From contig JACPUC010000026.1 in NCBI GenBank assembly GCA_016192455.1, positions 198,821 to 262,820 on the forward strand: a stretch of DNA of 64,000 bases. The letters run 5' to 3'. This DNA comes from Candidatus Tectimicrobiota bacterium. Lineage in GTDB: Bacteria > JACPUC01. The notes under the pieces are model-generated. The model searched no databases. It had not been told where the DNA came from and saw nothing but the letters and a program-made list of their open reading frames with translations. A program made the position numbers and the translations under genes. This document shows, one piece after another, positions 1-9,695 of the stretch (positions within the stretch are counted from its first letter, which is position 1; each line of letters starts with the position of its first letter).

Positions 1-213
1 ATGTGGATTTTCAAGCATTGCATCGAGTCCACCGGAGCCACCCTCGATGCCAAGGACATCAAAAGTGACCGCGAGAAGATTCGCGACTGCTGGGCCGGCT
101 TGAAAGATTTCGCGGTGCTCGGCGGCACCATGTCAATCAACAAAGATGGCGACGCCAAGCGCGATGCGAACATCCTCACGATTAAGGACGCCAAGTTCAT
201 CAAGTTGAACTGA
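1..213 (+). CDS. 3' end of a probable branched-chain amino acid-type ABC substrate-binding protein (partial)
   Basis: The C-terminal pattern 'F.VLGGTMSINKDGDAKRDANILTIKDAKF' resembles the end of LivJ-like periplasmic binding proteins. The start lies upstream of the window. Confidence 0.6.
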   Translation: MWIFKHCIESTGATLDAKDIKSDREKIRDCWAGLKDFAVLGGTMSINKDGDAKRDANILTIKDAKFIKLN

Positions 214-349
214 CTCAGGTCTCGGAAAGAGCCATACGAACTCGCGGCGGAGAGCGCAGGCGGGGAGGAGAGTTTGAACGGCGATCCTCTCTGCCCTCGC
301 CGCGCCCGAGGGGACAGCGAGGGGACGCGGCGCCCTGTTGACAGTGTCG

Positions 350-533
350 TCGTGTCCCCTAAGTTCCATCGCAAAATCCGCGAGGGTACCTTGTCCCCCC
401 GCGCACCCCGCCGACGCGAGCTGCTGCGCAGGTCGCGGGGAATGGGGATGTTGGGGAGCATGGGTCCCACATGAGTTCCCCTCCGATGCAGCGAGCAACG
501 CCGCAAATTTTTCAGCGAACTTGTGAGACATGA
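350..533 (+). mobile_element. MITE-like repeat, divergent copy 1
   Basis: Imperfect terminal inverted repeats TCGTGTCCCCTAAGTTC / GAACTTGTGAGACATGA. The internal AAGTTCCATCGCAAAATCCGCGAGGG...CCCCGCGCACCCCG...CGCGAGCTGC is similar to 20753-20950. Confidence 0.6.
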
Positions 534-736
534 GATTAGCGAGCCTTGTTTCTACGGCCCTGGGGTACGTGGTCTTCACGCAGCCTCACCACCACGGCAC
601 CCTAAGCAGCTCACCTGCCGAGAACTTGTGGGACCTGAAGCCGGGCATCCCGCCGACAAGGCCTGAACCGCCGGCATCTCCTTCCCGCTGCCTGCAGGAG
701 CGAGCGTCCGCGGCAGCGTCGTGAGCGGAGCGGAGG

Positions 737-1114
737 ATGGCGTCCTGGTTGACGAAGCTCTGGAGCCACCTGACAGAAACGGGGCGCCGCGAGCCAGCCG
801 CCGCCGCGCCGGTCGTCGAGGCCGTCCTTCTGACGCGCCCAGGTTGCTGCCTGTGCGATGAGCTGAAGGCGGCCCTGCAACGGGCGGCGCAGCGGTCCCC
901 CCTACATCTCCTCGAGATTGACGTCTCCTCCAGCCCCGCCCTGGAAGCTGCGTACGGCGAGCGCATCCCCCTCCTGTGGCTGAACGGGAGCCTCAGCGCC
1001 AAGTACCGTATCTCCGAGCAGGAGCTGCACGAAAAGCTGCGGCGCGCAGGGACCCATCGCGCCAAGCTGCCGGAGGAGATCAGGCGCGGCCTTGGTCGGG
1101 GGAACCCCGCGTAG
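737..1114 (+). CDS. glutaredoxin-like protein (DUF836 type)
   Basis: TRPGCCLCDEL CxxC motif, followed by 'EIDV...LEAAYGERIPLL'. Confidence 0.8.
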   Translation: MASWLTKLWSHLTETGRREPAAAAPVVEAVLLTRPGCCLCDELKAALQRAAQRSPLHLLEIDVSSSPALEAAYGERIPLLWLNGSLSAKYRISEQELHEKLRRAGTHRAKLPEEIRRGLGRGNPA

Positions 1115-1194
1115 ACCCGGGGGAAAGCAGCCTGGCTCATCCTTGCGGGCAGGCCACGGTCGTTGCCTTCGGGAAGCGCCGCCGGGCCTGCGCA

Positions 1195-2091
1195 TCACGC
1201 TGTTTCCCGCCCCTGGAGCGCAATGAGGCTGAGCTGCGCGCCGCGGCGTTCGCCCTGCCTACGGTGACTGAAAAAGTACGCCGGGTGACACTTCGTGCAC
1301 AGGGGCAGGGTGCCAATGTGCGCTCCCCGCAGACCGCAGCGTTGCAGGAGTCGCCGCACGGTTCCCGCCAGATCGAGATGCCAGCGGTCCTGCGACCTCG
1401 GCAGGAAGGTTTCGGCAGCCGTAACGCCGACGGCTGCAAAGGCCTCAAAGACATCCCGCCCCACCTCGTAGCAACAGGCGCCGATGGCCGGGCCGATACC
1501 GGCGCGTAGGTTCGCGGCATCACACCCCGCCTCGTCACCGAGACGCTCGACCACGCGCTCAATGATCGCCGCCGCAACGCCCCGCCAGCCGACATGCACC
1601 GCCGCGATCAGCCCGCACGTGGGATCATGCAGCAGCAGCGGCACGCAATCGGCGGTGCTGACCGCCAAGGCAATGCCGGGTGTGGTGGTGAAGAGAGCGT
1701 CGGCGGCCTGCCGGCTGGCCCTCGCCAGGTCCTCCCCGGCCTTCGAGAGCCGCAGCACCGCGCTCCCATGCACCTGGCGCATGGTGACCACCGCCTCTGG
1801 AGGCAGGTTGACGGCCGTGGCCGCGGCCGCGAGGTCCGGCCTGCTCCGCGCCGGCTCGGAGATGGGCGCCCCTCCTCCCCGCGTTCGGGAGTCTGGCTCC
1901 GGGCGAGCTCCCACATGCGCCGCCGCGGACATCGCTGCAGCGCACTTCCTGTGCGTGAGAAAGGCGTGCGTGACGAGGGGTTCCGTGGCGAGAACGGGCA
2001 GGGTAAAGTAGAGCGCCCCGCCGGCGCCGATTTGCGTCACACACCCCTGCCGCGCCGCCCGCAGCGTGGCGTGATCAGCTCCTTCGTTCAT
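1195..2091 (-). CDS. pgeF: YfiH/PgeF family purine nucleoside phosphorylase / peptidoglycan editing factor
   Basis: Motifs QVHGS, STADCVPLLL, AAVHVGWRG, GPAIGACCYEVG and FFSHRR. GGAGG RBS before the ATG at 2091. Confidence 0.9.
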   Translation of the reverse strand: MNEGADHATLRAARQGCVTQIGAGGALYFTLPVLATEPLVTHAFLTHRKCAAAMSAAAHVGARPEPDSRTRGGGAPISEPARSRPDLAAAATAVNLPPEAVVTMRQVHGSAVLRLSKAGEDLARASRQAADALFTTTPGIALAVSTADCVPLLLHDPTCGLIAAVHVGWRGVAAAIIERVVERLGDEAGCDAANLRAGIGPAIGACCYEVGRDVFEAFAAVGVTAAETFLPRSQDRWHLDLAGTVRRLLQRCGLRGAHIGTLPLCTKCHPAYFFSHRRQGERRGAQLSLIALQGRETA

Positions 2092-2343
2092 GACACCTCC
2101 AATGCCTCGCTTCGGGCAGGTGGACGAACCTGCGCCGCTGCAACGGGAGTGAGCAAGAAAACACTGGTTCGAACCGTTGCGGGAGCTTCAGGTACGGTCG
2201 CAGAGGTCCCGCGGCGATATCATGATGCCTGCCTTTTTTTCGTTGCCGGGACAGTTCTTTCTTGCTATACTTAGGGTAACAGTTTGCCTTGTTGTCGGCA
2301 CATAGCGCGTGTCACCTTCAGCGATACTCGAGAGGACCATGAA

Positions 2344-2571
2344 GTGAATCGTTCCGAGGTGAAGAAGAATCTCAAAGAGAACAAAGTTCTGCGTGTTGGC
2401 GAAGTACAGATTGAATCTGAAAACGATCTCTACTATGTGACCATCAATGGTCACGCCCTTCACACCGACGACTTTGAGCTCGCCTACCGACGTTTCACCA
2501 CTGCGCTGAAGGAGCACGGCCACGCACCCGTGGGCGAGCGGCTCAACCAGCAAGAGTGCGAAGGCTCGTAG
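2344..2571 (+). CDS. small hypothetical protein (75 aa)
   Basis: GTG start after AGAGGA, protein-like composition (NRSEVKKNLKENKVLRVGEVQIESENDLYYVTINGH...), followed by a hairpin at 2588-2615. Confidence 0.6.
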   Translation: MNRSEVKKNLKENKVLRVGEVQIESENDLYYVTINGHALHTDDFELAYRRFTTALKEHGHAPVGERLNQQECEGS

Positions 2572-2705
2572 TCCCCGCGCCAGGTTTCCCCTGCGCCTCA
2601 ACGAGGTTGCAGGGGGGAGTTGGATGCGGGGAGCTGGCGTGCGCCGCGATAACCATCTCCGTGCGCTTTCTTTGCTGCTCCAAAGAGACCTATGCAAAGA
2701 GATTG

Positions 2706-2739
2706 GGCACTCCGCAAGAGGAGTGCCATTTCTCTTTCT
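2706..2739 (+). terminator. intrinsic terminator-like hairpin
   Basis: GGCACTCC-GCAAGA-GGAGTGCC perfect 8-bp stem followed by ATTTCTCTTTCTT. Confidence 0.55.
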
Positions 2740-3668
2740 TACCACAGAGCTGCGTTGGGGAGCAATCGCGGCGCGCGCGGTTCGCCCTGCAACGAAGCAT
2801 CGTTTCATCTTACGAAGCGCTGCATGTGTCAAGTTCGGCAGGGCTTTTCTTACCACATTCTTCGGCGGGAGGGTGAGAGATTTCGCGCCCCGGCCAACCT
2901 CAACGGCTTGCGGGGCTACACTCTGAACCCATCACGCACCCGAGGCGCGATACTTCGGCTTTCCGGCTGCCGCGCTGGACACGTCTGGCGGCGGGGTCCC
3001 CACATCTGGATGGTGTTTCCACTTCCTTCCCTGCCCGTGCCGGTCACTCAGTCCTCTTCCGTTGGGTTGAACGTCCGAGAAGAACTTTGGGGAGACGACC
3101 GGGGTGGCGCGCCGCATCCTGGATACTCCCATTTGCGGCGCCGGCGCAAGCAACGGATTCATTCCTTCCCAAGTCTCCCTCCTCCAACCCCGTTTCGCCA
3201 GGGTCCGGCCCTGGCGCCAGCCCCTTTCAGGGTGTGTTCCAATTCTCTGCCGCCCCCTGCGCCTGACCTCTTGACCGCGCCCACCCCCAGAAAAAAATGT
3301 TTCGAACGACGCAAGAAATAACTCCAAGCTGCCGACAATTACAATGAGGGAGCACGAACCTCGCGGCAGGGTGAAGGACGCCCTCGAGGATGCTCCAGGA
3401 GCGTGCTTCTGCCATTGCGGTCTCCCCCTCGGCGTGGCTTCGAGGCAGCGGGGAGCAAACCTCCGCCTACCTGGAAGAGCCGGCGGGCATGGTGAGTCAA
3501 GGTGTCCCACACCAGGGTCGAAGTTATGACATCGTTGCGCAGCGCCCAGCGTGCGAGAGGACGGAGTTTGCCCTGCCGCATCGAAATGCCGCTCCCAAGC
3601 CCTTGCTTGGAGCATCATGTCCTCGGCAGCCCGGAGCGGGCCTGCGCACGAGAGCTGCTCGGCAGGAA

Positions 3669-3684
3669 TGGCACGGAGTTTGCT
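3669..3684 (+). promoter_or_regulatory. sigma-54 (-24/-12) promoter
   Basis: TGGCACG-GAGT-TTGCT is an exact match to the TGGCACG-N4-TTGC(A/T) consensus, about 155 bp upstream of ORF 3840. Confidence 0.8.
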
Positions 3685-3839
3685 TATACAAATGGCAGGA
3701 GAAACCAGAGTGAGGCTTCGGATTCACCTCGCAACGCGGCCTCGCCGCTCCCGCACCAGGAGGCGCGTCGCGCGCGGGAGAGCACGGCAAGCTTCCTGAC
3801 GGGGTAAGCTCTTACGAGTCATTCTAGAGGAGGGGGGAG

Positions 3840-4028
3840 ATGAGTAAGGCGGCTGCTTTCACCACACCGTGTGAAGTCATTCATACCACGCTGTATGACC
3901 TTCTTGCCTGCATCGGCGAGGCATGCGACAGCGAGGAAGAGATCATCGCCACGCTGGAGCACCTTTTGGCAACCCACCGCGTGACCGTCGATGACGAGTA
4001 CGCCACGATCGTCCAGCTCGCCGCCTAG
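3840..4028 (+). CDS. small acidic helical hypothetical protein (62 aa)
   Basis: Strong GAGGAGGGGG RBS and an upstream sigma-54 promoter. Amphipathic sequence HTTLYDLLACIGEACDSEEEIIATLEHLL. Confidence 0.75.
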   Translation: MSKAAAFTTPCEVIHTTLYDLLACIGEACDSEEEIIATLEHLLATHRVTVDDEYATIVQLAA

Positions 4029-4805
4029 CACGGATGCAGGGAGGATCGCCGTTTCGCCCTGCCCGAGCAGCCGCGGAAGCGGTGACCGCCTCGGGTGGCA
4101 GGCGCGTAACGAGGCCCGCCAAGAAGTCTACAGCTTGCCGGGTCGCTCCCTGCCACGCTCACCAGCACCGCGCGCCGGCGTCATGAACGTGGCGGCCGCG
4201 ATCTCTGCAAGTCCTTAAGGACGTGACAGTTTCCGACAGCCAGCGCGGCTTGCGGGGCCCCGGCGGGGTCCTTCTTCCCTATCGGCTCCCATCCAGACAG
4301 CTTCTCGCCAGCCACCCAGCGCCAGACTCACCCAGCCGGCTGCGTCAGCACCAGCATGACGCTCCCCAAGCGTGTTCCCATCAGCAAACCATGGGACATT
4401 TTTGCCGGGTTCCGCGCGATGTTGCACGCAGGCCACAACAGCTCCTCTCCTGCGGAAGCCGTTCAGGCCGAGCGCTCTCCCCAGCGGCCGCGTTCATCGC
4501 TCGCAGAGCGCTGACCGAGAGGCAACCGTGCAGGATGAGGTGGACTCGGCGGGAGTGGCCGACAGGCTGGAAATACTACTCTCAGGTGCTGGTCGCTCGA
4601 TGAAACTTCACAAGACTCTGGATAGGATGGTCAGACCGTCAAACGGAAGCCCTCGAACGGCCAGATGCGTCCGAAGTTGCCCGACGTCCTCGACTTGCGG
4701 CATCTTGACCAGCAGCAAGGAGCGGGGCGCCCGAGGCTCCTTCCGCGGGCGCACCGCCACCTTTGCGGAGCTGAGGGAACGGGCGCGGCGCGCGCCGCGC
4801 CGGCC

Positions 4806-5939
4806 CTACTGGTACTTCTTGCGAATCTGGTCGAAGTTCTCCTCCTGCTCGAGGAAGCAGGCCACGACGGCTGGATCGAGAGCCGTTCCCGAGCCGTGCA
4901 CAATCATCGCTCGGCTCTCCGCATGGGAGAAGGCCGGTTTGTAGCAACGGCGGGAGGTCAGGGCATCGTACATGTCCGCCAGGATGACGATGCGGGCGCA
5001 CAGGGGGATGCGCCGGCGCGTCAGCCCCAGCGGATAACCTTTGCCATCCCAGCGTTCGTGGTGGTGGAGGGCGATCTCCGTCGCCATGGTGAGGAAGGTC
5101 TCCGAGAAGTTCAGCACCTCTTTGAGCGCTTGATCCGCCTCGCCGAGGATGGCCGCCCCGATCGTCGTGTGCAGCTTCATGAGCACCCATTCGGCGTCGG
5201 TAAGGTGCCCGGGCTTCAGGAGGATGCCCTCGGGAATGCCGATCTTGCCGATGTCGTGCAGGATACTCCCCTTCTCCACCCGTTGGATGTATTCGTCATC
5301 CACCTCGCCCAGGTAGCTCGGCTTCTCGGCAAGGCTTTGCGCCAGGAGCACGGAGTATCGTTGCATGCGATCAAGATGGCCGGTGATCATGGGATCGCGA
5401 TGCTCGGCAATCCTGGCCAGGGTGGCCACCGTCACGCCCTGGGTGACGCTAATCTCTTTCAGACGCTGGGAGAGGAGCTTCTCCAGGTCGCAGAGGCGGG
5501 CGTTCTTGGCGGTAAGCTCCTGGATGATCGAGCGCTCGCGGATCACCCGGTTGAGTTTCGCCTCCATCTCCTCCACGCGGAACGGCTTGGTGAGAAAATC
5601 ACTGGCGCCGGCGTTAATCACCTGGTTATAGACGAACTGGTCGCCATAGCCGGTGACGACAATGACATCCATCTCGGCATGGCTCTGCTTCGTCTGCGCC
5701 AGCAGCTCCAGGCCATCCATCGCAGGGAGGTTGATGTCGGTGATCATGACATCGAAACGCTCCGTCTCCAGCTTCTCCAGGGCCTCCTCGGCAGAGCCCA
5801 CCGTCACGCAGGTATGACCGAGGTTCGTCAGCATTTCGCTGTAGAGCTGGTGGAGCGATACCTCGTCGTCCACCAGGAGAAGCTGCTGGGGCTTCGCCTG
5901 GGCTAAGTTCGGCATGATCTGCGTAAGTACCTGTTCCAT
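4806..5939 (-). CDS. REC + HD-GYP response regulator (RpfG-like c-di-GMP phosphodiesterase)
   Basis: LLLVDDE...DVMITDINLPAMDG receiver domain; HDIGKIGIP and HHHERWDGKGYP motifs intact. The start could alternatively be at 5915. Confidence 0.92.
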   Translation of the reverse strand: MEQVLTQIMPNLAQAKPQQLLLVDDEVSLHQLYSEMLTNLGHTCVTVGSAEEALEKLETERFDVMITDINLPAMDGLELLAQTKQSHAEMDVIVVTGYGDQFVYNQVINAGASDFLTKPFRVEEMEAKLNRVIRERSIIQELTAKNARLCDLEKLLSQRLKEISVTQGVTVATLARIAEHRDPMITGHLDRMQRYSVLLAQSLAEKPSYLGEVDDEYIQRVEKGSILHDIGKIGIPEGILLKPGHLTDAEWVLMKLHTTIGAAILGEADQALKEVLNFSETFLTMATEIALHHHERWDGKGYPLGLTRRRIPLCARIVILADMYDALTSRRCYKPAFSHAESRAMIVHGSGTALDPAVVACFLEQEENFDQIRKKYQ

Positions 5940-6248
5940 GCAGGAACACTCCTGTCGGAATGCGCACCCCCGGCCGGAGGACGGATTGTGTCTTCCCCGG
6001 CCAGTTGCTATGGTAGCAGTGTGTGTATCGGTGCAAAGGCGCGGAATCTTAACGGAAAAGATGCCACTCGCATGGGGGGAGGAGGGGAATCCATGCCGCG
6101 GCTCAATGCTGCTTGGATCGCCCCGCAGGGCGGCGGCGGCCGCGGCGAGACGGGGCGCCTCCCGGCACACCGCTGGGTGTGGACCTCGCGCGCGGCGCAC
6201 CAGGCCGCCGCAGAAGAGCATCGCAGAGCGCCGGCCGCGGCCGGCCCC

Positions 6249-7220
6249 ATGCCGAACCGCCCAGGCCCCCTGGCACCATGCCGGTTCGCGCTCCTGGTCG
6301 GCGCGCTGCTGGTCCACCTGGCAACTCAGCCGGCGGCTGCGCAAGGAGGTTCCTGGGAGCGGGGCGCACCCTCGCGCTGGGAACGCACTGAGGTGGCCGC
6401 TGCCGCGCTCGCCGGCACGATCTACGTGGTGGGCGGCTTTCACAGCCGAGGCGAGGTCACCGACCTGCTGGAGAGCTACGATCCCAGGAGCCAGAGGTGG
6501 GAGGTCCGCGCTCCCCTCCCCCGGCGGCTCCATCACGTCGCCATGGCGGCCCTTGCCGACCGTCTCTACGTCGTGGGAGGCTTCCGGGGGGAGGCCACCT
6601 GGCGCCCCGTGGCCACAACCTGGGAATACGACCCTGCGGCGAATCGGTGGCGCCGGCTGCAGGACCTCCCGGCGCCGCGCGGCGCCCTCGCCGCCGCCGT
6701 CTTCAGAGACGCGCTCTATGCGGCAGGGGGTGTGACCAACAGCTCAGTGGCAACGTTCGAGCGCTTTGATCCACGCCGCAACTCCTGGGCGCAGCTTCCT
6801 CCCATGCCGACGGCACGCGATCACCTCGCCCTGGCGGCAGCGCGGGGTAGGCTCTACGCCATCGGCGGTCGACGGCAGACGTTCGCGGCGAACCTGAAGA
6901 CGGTCGAGGCCTTCGATCCCGTCACCCGCACCTGGAGCGAGGCCGCTCCACTCCTCGCGCCGCGCAGCGGCTTTGCCGCCGCCAGCCTCGGTGAGCGCAT
7001 CTACGTCTTCGGCGGTGAATCGCCCGAGGGCACCTTCAACACCACGGAACGCTACGATCCAACCACGAACACCTGGCTGCGCCTCGCCGCCATGCCGACA
7101 GCGCGCCACGGGCTGGGCGCCGCCGTGGTCGGGAAGCGCATCGTCGTCCTCGGGGGAGGGCCGCGGCCCGGCTTCTCCTTCAGCGGCATCGTGGAAACCT
7201 TCACCCCGCCCGCCAACTAA
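6249..7220 (+). CDS. secreted Kelch-repeat beta-propeller protein
   Basis: Signal-peptide-like N-terminus and six Kelch blades with IYVVGG/LYVVGG/LYAAGG/LYAIGG/IYVFGG/IVVLGG cores and downstream Trp. Start chosen at MPNRPG. Confidence 0.88.
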   Translation: MPNRPGPLAPCRFALLVGALLVHLATQPAAAQGGSWERGAPSRWERTEVAAAALAGTIYVVGGFHSRGEVTDLLESYDPRSQRWEVRAPLPRRLHHVAMAALADRLYVVGGFRGEATWRPVATTWEYDPAANRWRRLQDLPAPRGALAAAVFRDALYAAGGVTNSSVATFERFDPRRNSWAQLPPMPTARDHLALAAARGRLYAIGGRRQTFAANLKTVEAFDPVTRTWSEAAPLLAPRSGFAAASLGERIYVFGGESPEGTFNTTERYDPTTNTWLRLAAMPTARHGLGAAVVGKRIVVLGGGPRPGFSFSGIVETFTPPAN

Positions 7221-7226
7221 CCTTGG

Positions 7227-8057
7227 TTGGCGACTTCCCGTGCAGCGGCGTTTCCCATGCAACCGCAGCTCGACACGCTCATCTCCGCCGCAGCCACCGC
7301 CCAACGGCCGGCGCTGGTCATCCTGCGTCATTCAACCCCCGAAGCGCAGGCGGCGGAGCACCTCGGCGTCTTCCCGGCGGCCTTCGCCCCGCCTACCTTC
7401 GCGCACATCGCCCTCATCCAACGCGCGCAACGCCAGGCCCGTCTCGATGCCGTCCTCCTCCTCCTCAACCTGCGCAACGCCGACAAGGGGGATATGCGGC
7501 GGGACCTCCAGCATAGCGTCGCGATGCTCGAGCTGCTCTGCCGCCGCGTCACCTGGCTCGGCCTGGGACTCAGCAGCCATCCCTACTTCCTCGACATGCT
7601 GGAGGCGCTGCGCGACGCCAGCGTGCAGGGCCGGGTCAGCTTCCTCGTCGGCTTCGACACCCTGGTGCGTATCCTCGACCCCGAGGGGCGGTACCTGGGC
7701 CACTACGCCACGCCCCGCGCTAGCCGCGCCGAGGCCCTCGCCGCCCTCTTCAGCACCGCCTCGGCCCTGGTGGCCGGCCGCGCCCAGCGCAGCGCCCGCG
7801 ACCTTCACGATCTCCTCGTGGAGCAGGGAGCGGCGGCGTGGCAGGCGAGCATCAGCTACCTGCCGATGCCGAAAGGGCTCCACGGCGTCTCCTCGAGCCT
7901 GGTGCGCGAGCGCGTGCGAGGCATGGCGGGTATCGAGGACCTGGTGCCGCGCAGCATCGCAGCCTATATTGCCACGCATCGTCTCTACGAGGGCCGGGGA
8001 CGCGGGCCGTCACGGGGAGCCTCGGGAAGTTACCCCGCCCCCGTGGAGGAAGCGTGA
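7227..8057 (+). CDS. nucleotidyltransferase, Pof1/NadD-like NMN/NaMN adenylyltransferase
   Basis: GVFPAAFAPPTFAH (HIGH-like), FLVGFDTLVRILD and GVSSSLVRER motifs. The start may be the ATG at 7257. Confidence 0.75.
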   Translation: MATSRAAAFPMQPQLDTLISAAATAQRPALVILRHSTPEAQAAEHLGVFPAAFAPPTFAHIALIQRAQRQARLDAVLLLLNLRNADKGDMRRDLQHSVAMLELLCRRVTWLGLGLSSHPYFLDMLEALRDASVQGRVSFLVGFDTLVRILDPEGRYLGHYATPRASRAEALAALFSTASALVAGRAQRSARDLHDLLVEQGAAAWQASISYLPMPKGLHGVSSSLVRERVRGMAGIEDLVPRSIAAYIATHRLYEGRGRGPSRGASGSYPAPVEEA

Positions 8058-8418
8058 ACCCCGCCGCGCGCCAGGCAGCTTCTCCCCGCCATGCCGCACG
8101 GAGCAACCGCCAGCCGGCGCTCGTTGAGGCGATGCGACGGCTACCCCCGCGGCGGGAGCATCGTCCCTTTCAGGCAGGTGCATCGGCAGGTCGGTGCGCC
8201 CGTTTGCGTCCAGGGTGGCGCTCCCCACCTCCACTTGCCCGCCGAGAGGCGGGAGCCTCCCCATGCCGCGGCATGGAGGAACTTCTTGGATTCAGCAGGC
8301 ACGGGTACGATGCTTCCCGCTCCTCTCCACGCCCGGGGCGGCCTCCTGCGATGCAGGCGGGAACCAGCCGCGCGGCGCTCCCCGCTCCCACCTTGGGACC
8401 CCACTTTGGGAGTTCACC

Positions 8419-9423
8419 ATGAACAGTAAGCGACTGCTCGTCGCGCTCTCCGTCTCCCTGGCGGCCTCTCTGCTGCCGCTAGGCCAGCTCTTGGCGCAGC
8501 CGGCGCCGAACCCCGCTGCAGCGCCGCAGGGCAAAGCTGAGACGCGCGCCGCGACGGTCAACGGCAAGACCATCATGCTCAGCGAGGTCAACCGCGCGCT
8601 GCGGCTGCGTTTCAATGTTCCGGAGACGGTCGTAAACTCGGACCCGCGCTTCCTGGAGCTGCGGCAGACGGTGCTCCAGAACCTCATCGACGCGGAGCTG
8701 CTGCTCGTGGAGGCGCGGCGGCGCAACCTCGCGGTCGACGAAGCCCGCATCCAGCAACACCTCACGAACATTCGCGGGCGGTTCCCCGATGAGAAGAGCT
8801 TCGAGGCGGCGCTGCGGGAGCAGGATCTCACCCCCGCCAGCCTGCACGACGATCTCCGCGATGCCCTGCTGCGGGATGACCTGCTCCAAGCCGAGATCGA
8901 GCCCACCCTGGCGTCGAATGACGAGGAGGTGAGCGCCTTCTACCAGCAGCACCGCAACCGCTACGCACGCTCCGAAGCGGTGCATGCGCGCCACATTCTC
9001 ATCAGGGTTCCCGACGGCGCCGATGCGGCGCAGCGGGAGGCCGCGCGCAAGAAGGCGGAGACGGTCCTGGCGGAGGTCCGCCAAGGCAAGCGCGACTTTG
9101 CGGAGATCGCCCGCCAGTTCTCCGAGGGACCGACCGGGCCGCGGGGGGGCGATCTCGGCTACTTCACCCGCGGCCAGATGGTGGCCCCTTTCGAGGCCGC
9201 TGCCTGGGCGTTGAAAGCCGGCGGCGTGAGCGACCTCGTCGAGACCCGCTTCGGATTCCACATCATCAAGGTGGAGGACCATCGGCCAGCCCAGGAGGCA
9301 CCCTTGAGCGAGGTGAAGGATCAGGTGCGCGAGGACGTCCTGCAGGAGAAGCGCCGCCAGCGCTATGACGCCTTTCTCGGCAACCTGCGCCAGCGGACCG
9401 CCATCACCCTCCACCTCGACTAG
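8419..9423 (+). CDS. PpiC/parvulin peptidyl-prolyl isomerase (SurA/PrsA-like foldase)
   Basis: Signal peptide, SurA-like N-domain, VHARHILI, FAEIARQFSEGP, GGDLGYF and ETRFGFHIIKV. Confidence 0.92.
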   Translation: MNSKRLLVALSVSLAASLLPLGQLLAQPAPNPAAAPQGKAETRAATVNGKTIMLSEVNRALRLRFNVPETVVNSDPRFLELRQTVLQNLIDAELLLVEARRRNLAVDEARIQQHLTNIRGRFPDEKSFEAALREQDLTPASLHDDLRDALLRDDLLQAEIEPTLASNDEEVSAFYQQHRNRYARSEAVHARHILIRVPDGADAAQREAARKKAETVLAEVRQGKRDFAEIARQFSEGPTGPRGGDLGYFTRGQMVAPFEAAAWALKAGGVSDLVETRFGFHIIKVEDHRPAQEAPLSEVKDQVREDVLQEKRRQRYDAFLGNLRQRTAITLHLD

Positions 9424-9618
9424 TGTTACGTCACACAAATTCCATCCTTAATCGGACGCTTTCTTCGGGCCATGTGGTGGGGGAGTTTTTGCGCAAGACC
9501 GTGGCTTCCCCACACCCCCAATCCCCGTGAGCTGCGCAGCAGCTCGCGTAGTCGGGGTGCGCGAGGGGGCGAGGCTCCCTCGCAAATTCTTGCGATAGAA
9601 TTTGTGAAACAGCACACT
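9421..9618 (+). mobile_element. MITE-like repeat, copy 2
   Basis: 190/198 identity by manual count to the reverse complement of 20753-20950. Imperfect ~25-bp TIRs AGTGTnnnGTnnCACAAATTCnATC. Begins at the TAG stop of the PPIase gene. Confidence 0.8.
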
Positions 9619-9695
9619 GGCAGGCTGCCGACGGCCGTCGCCGCTCCCCAGCCGGCTACCCCGGTCCGGCGGCAGCCGCCGCTGGAAGTCTCGGC

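Noticed and set aside
3010-3040. SRP RNA-like GGAAGGAAG on the minus strand
   Set aside because: No CAGG..CC-GGAA-GG helix pairing and no AGCAG motif.
4372-4944. ORF between the small protein and the HD-GYP gene
   Set aside because: Overlaps the 3' end of the HD-GYP gene by about 140 bp and has no motif.
9426-9617. 63-aa ORF also found at the end of ORF 20235-20945 and partly in 274-474
   Set aside because: It is the translation of the MITE-like repeat. Differences between copies mostly change amino acids, so there is no sign of coding selection.
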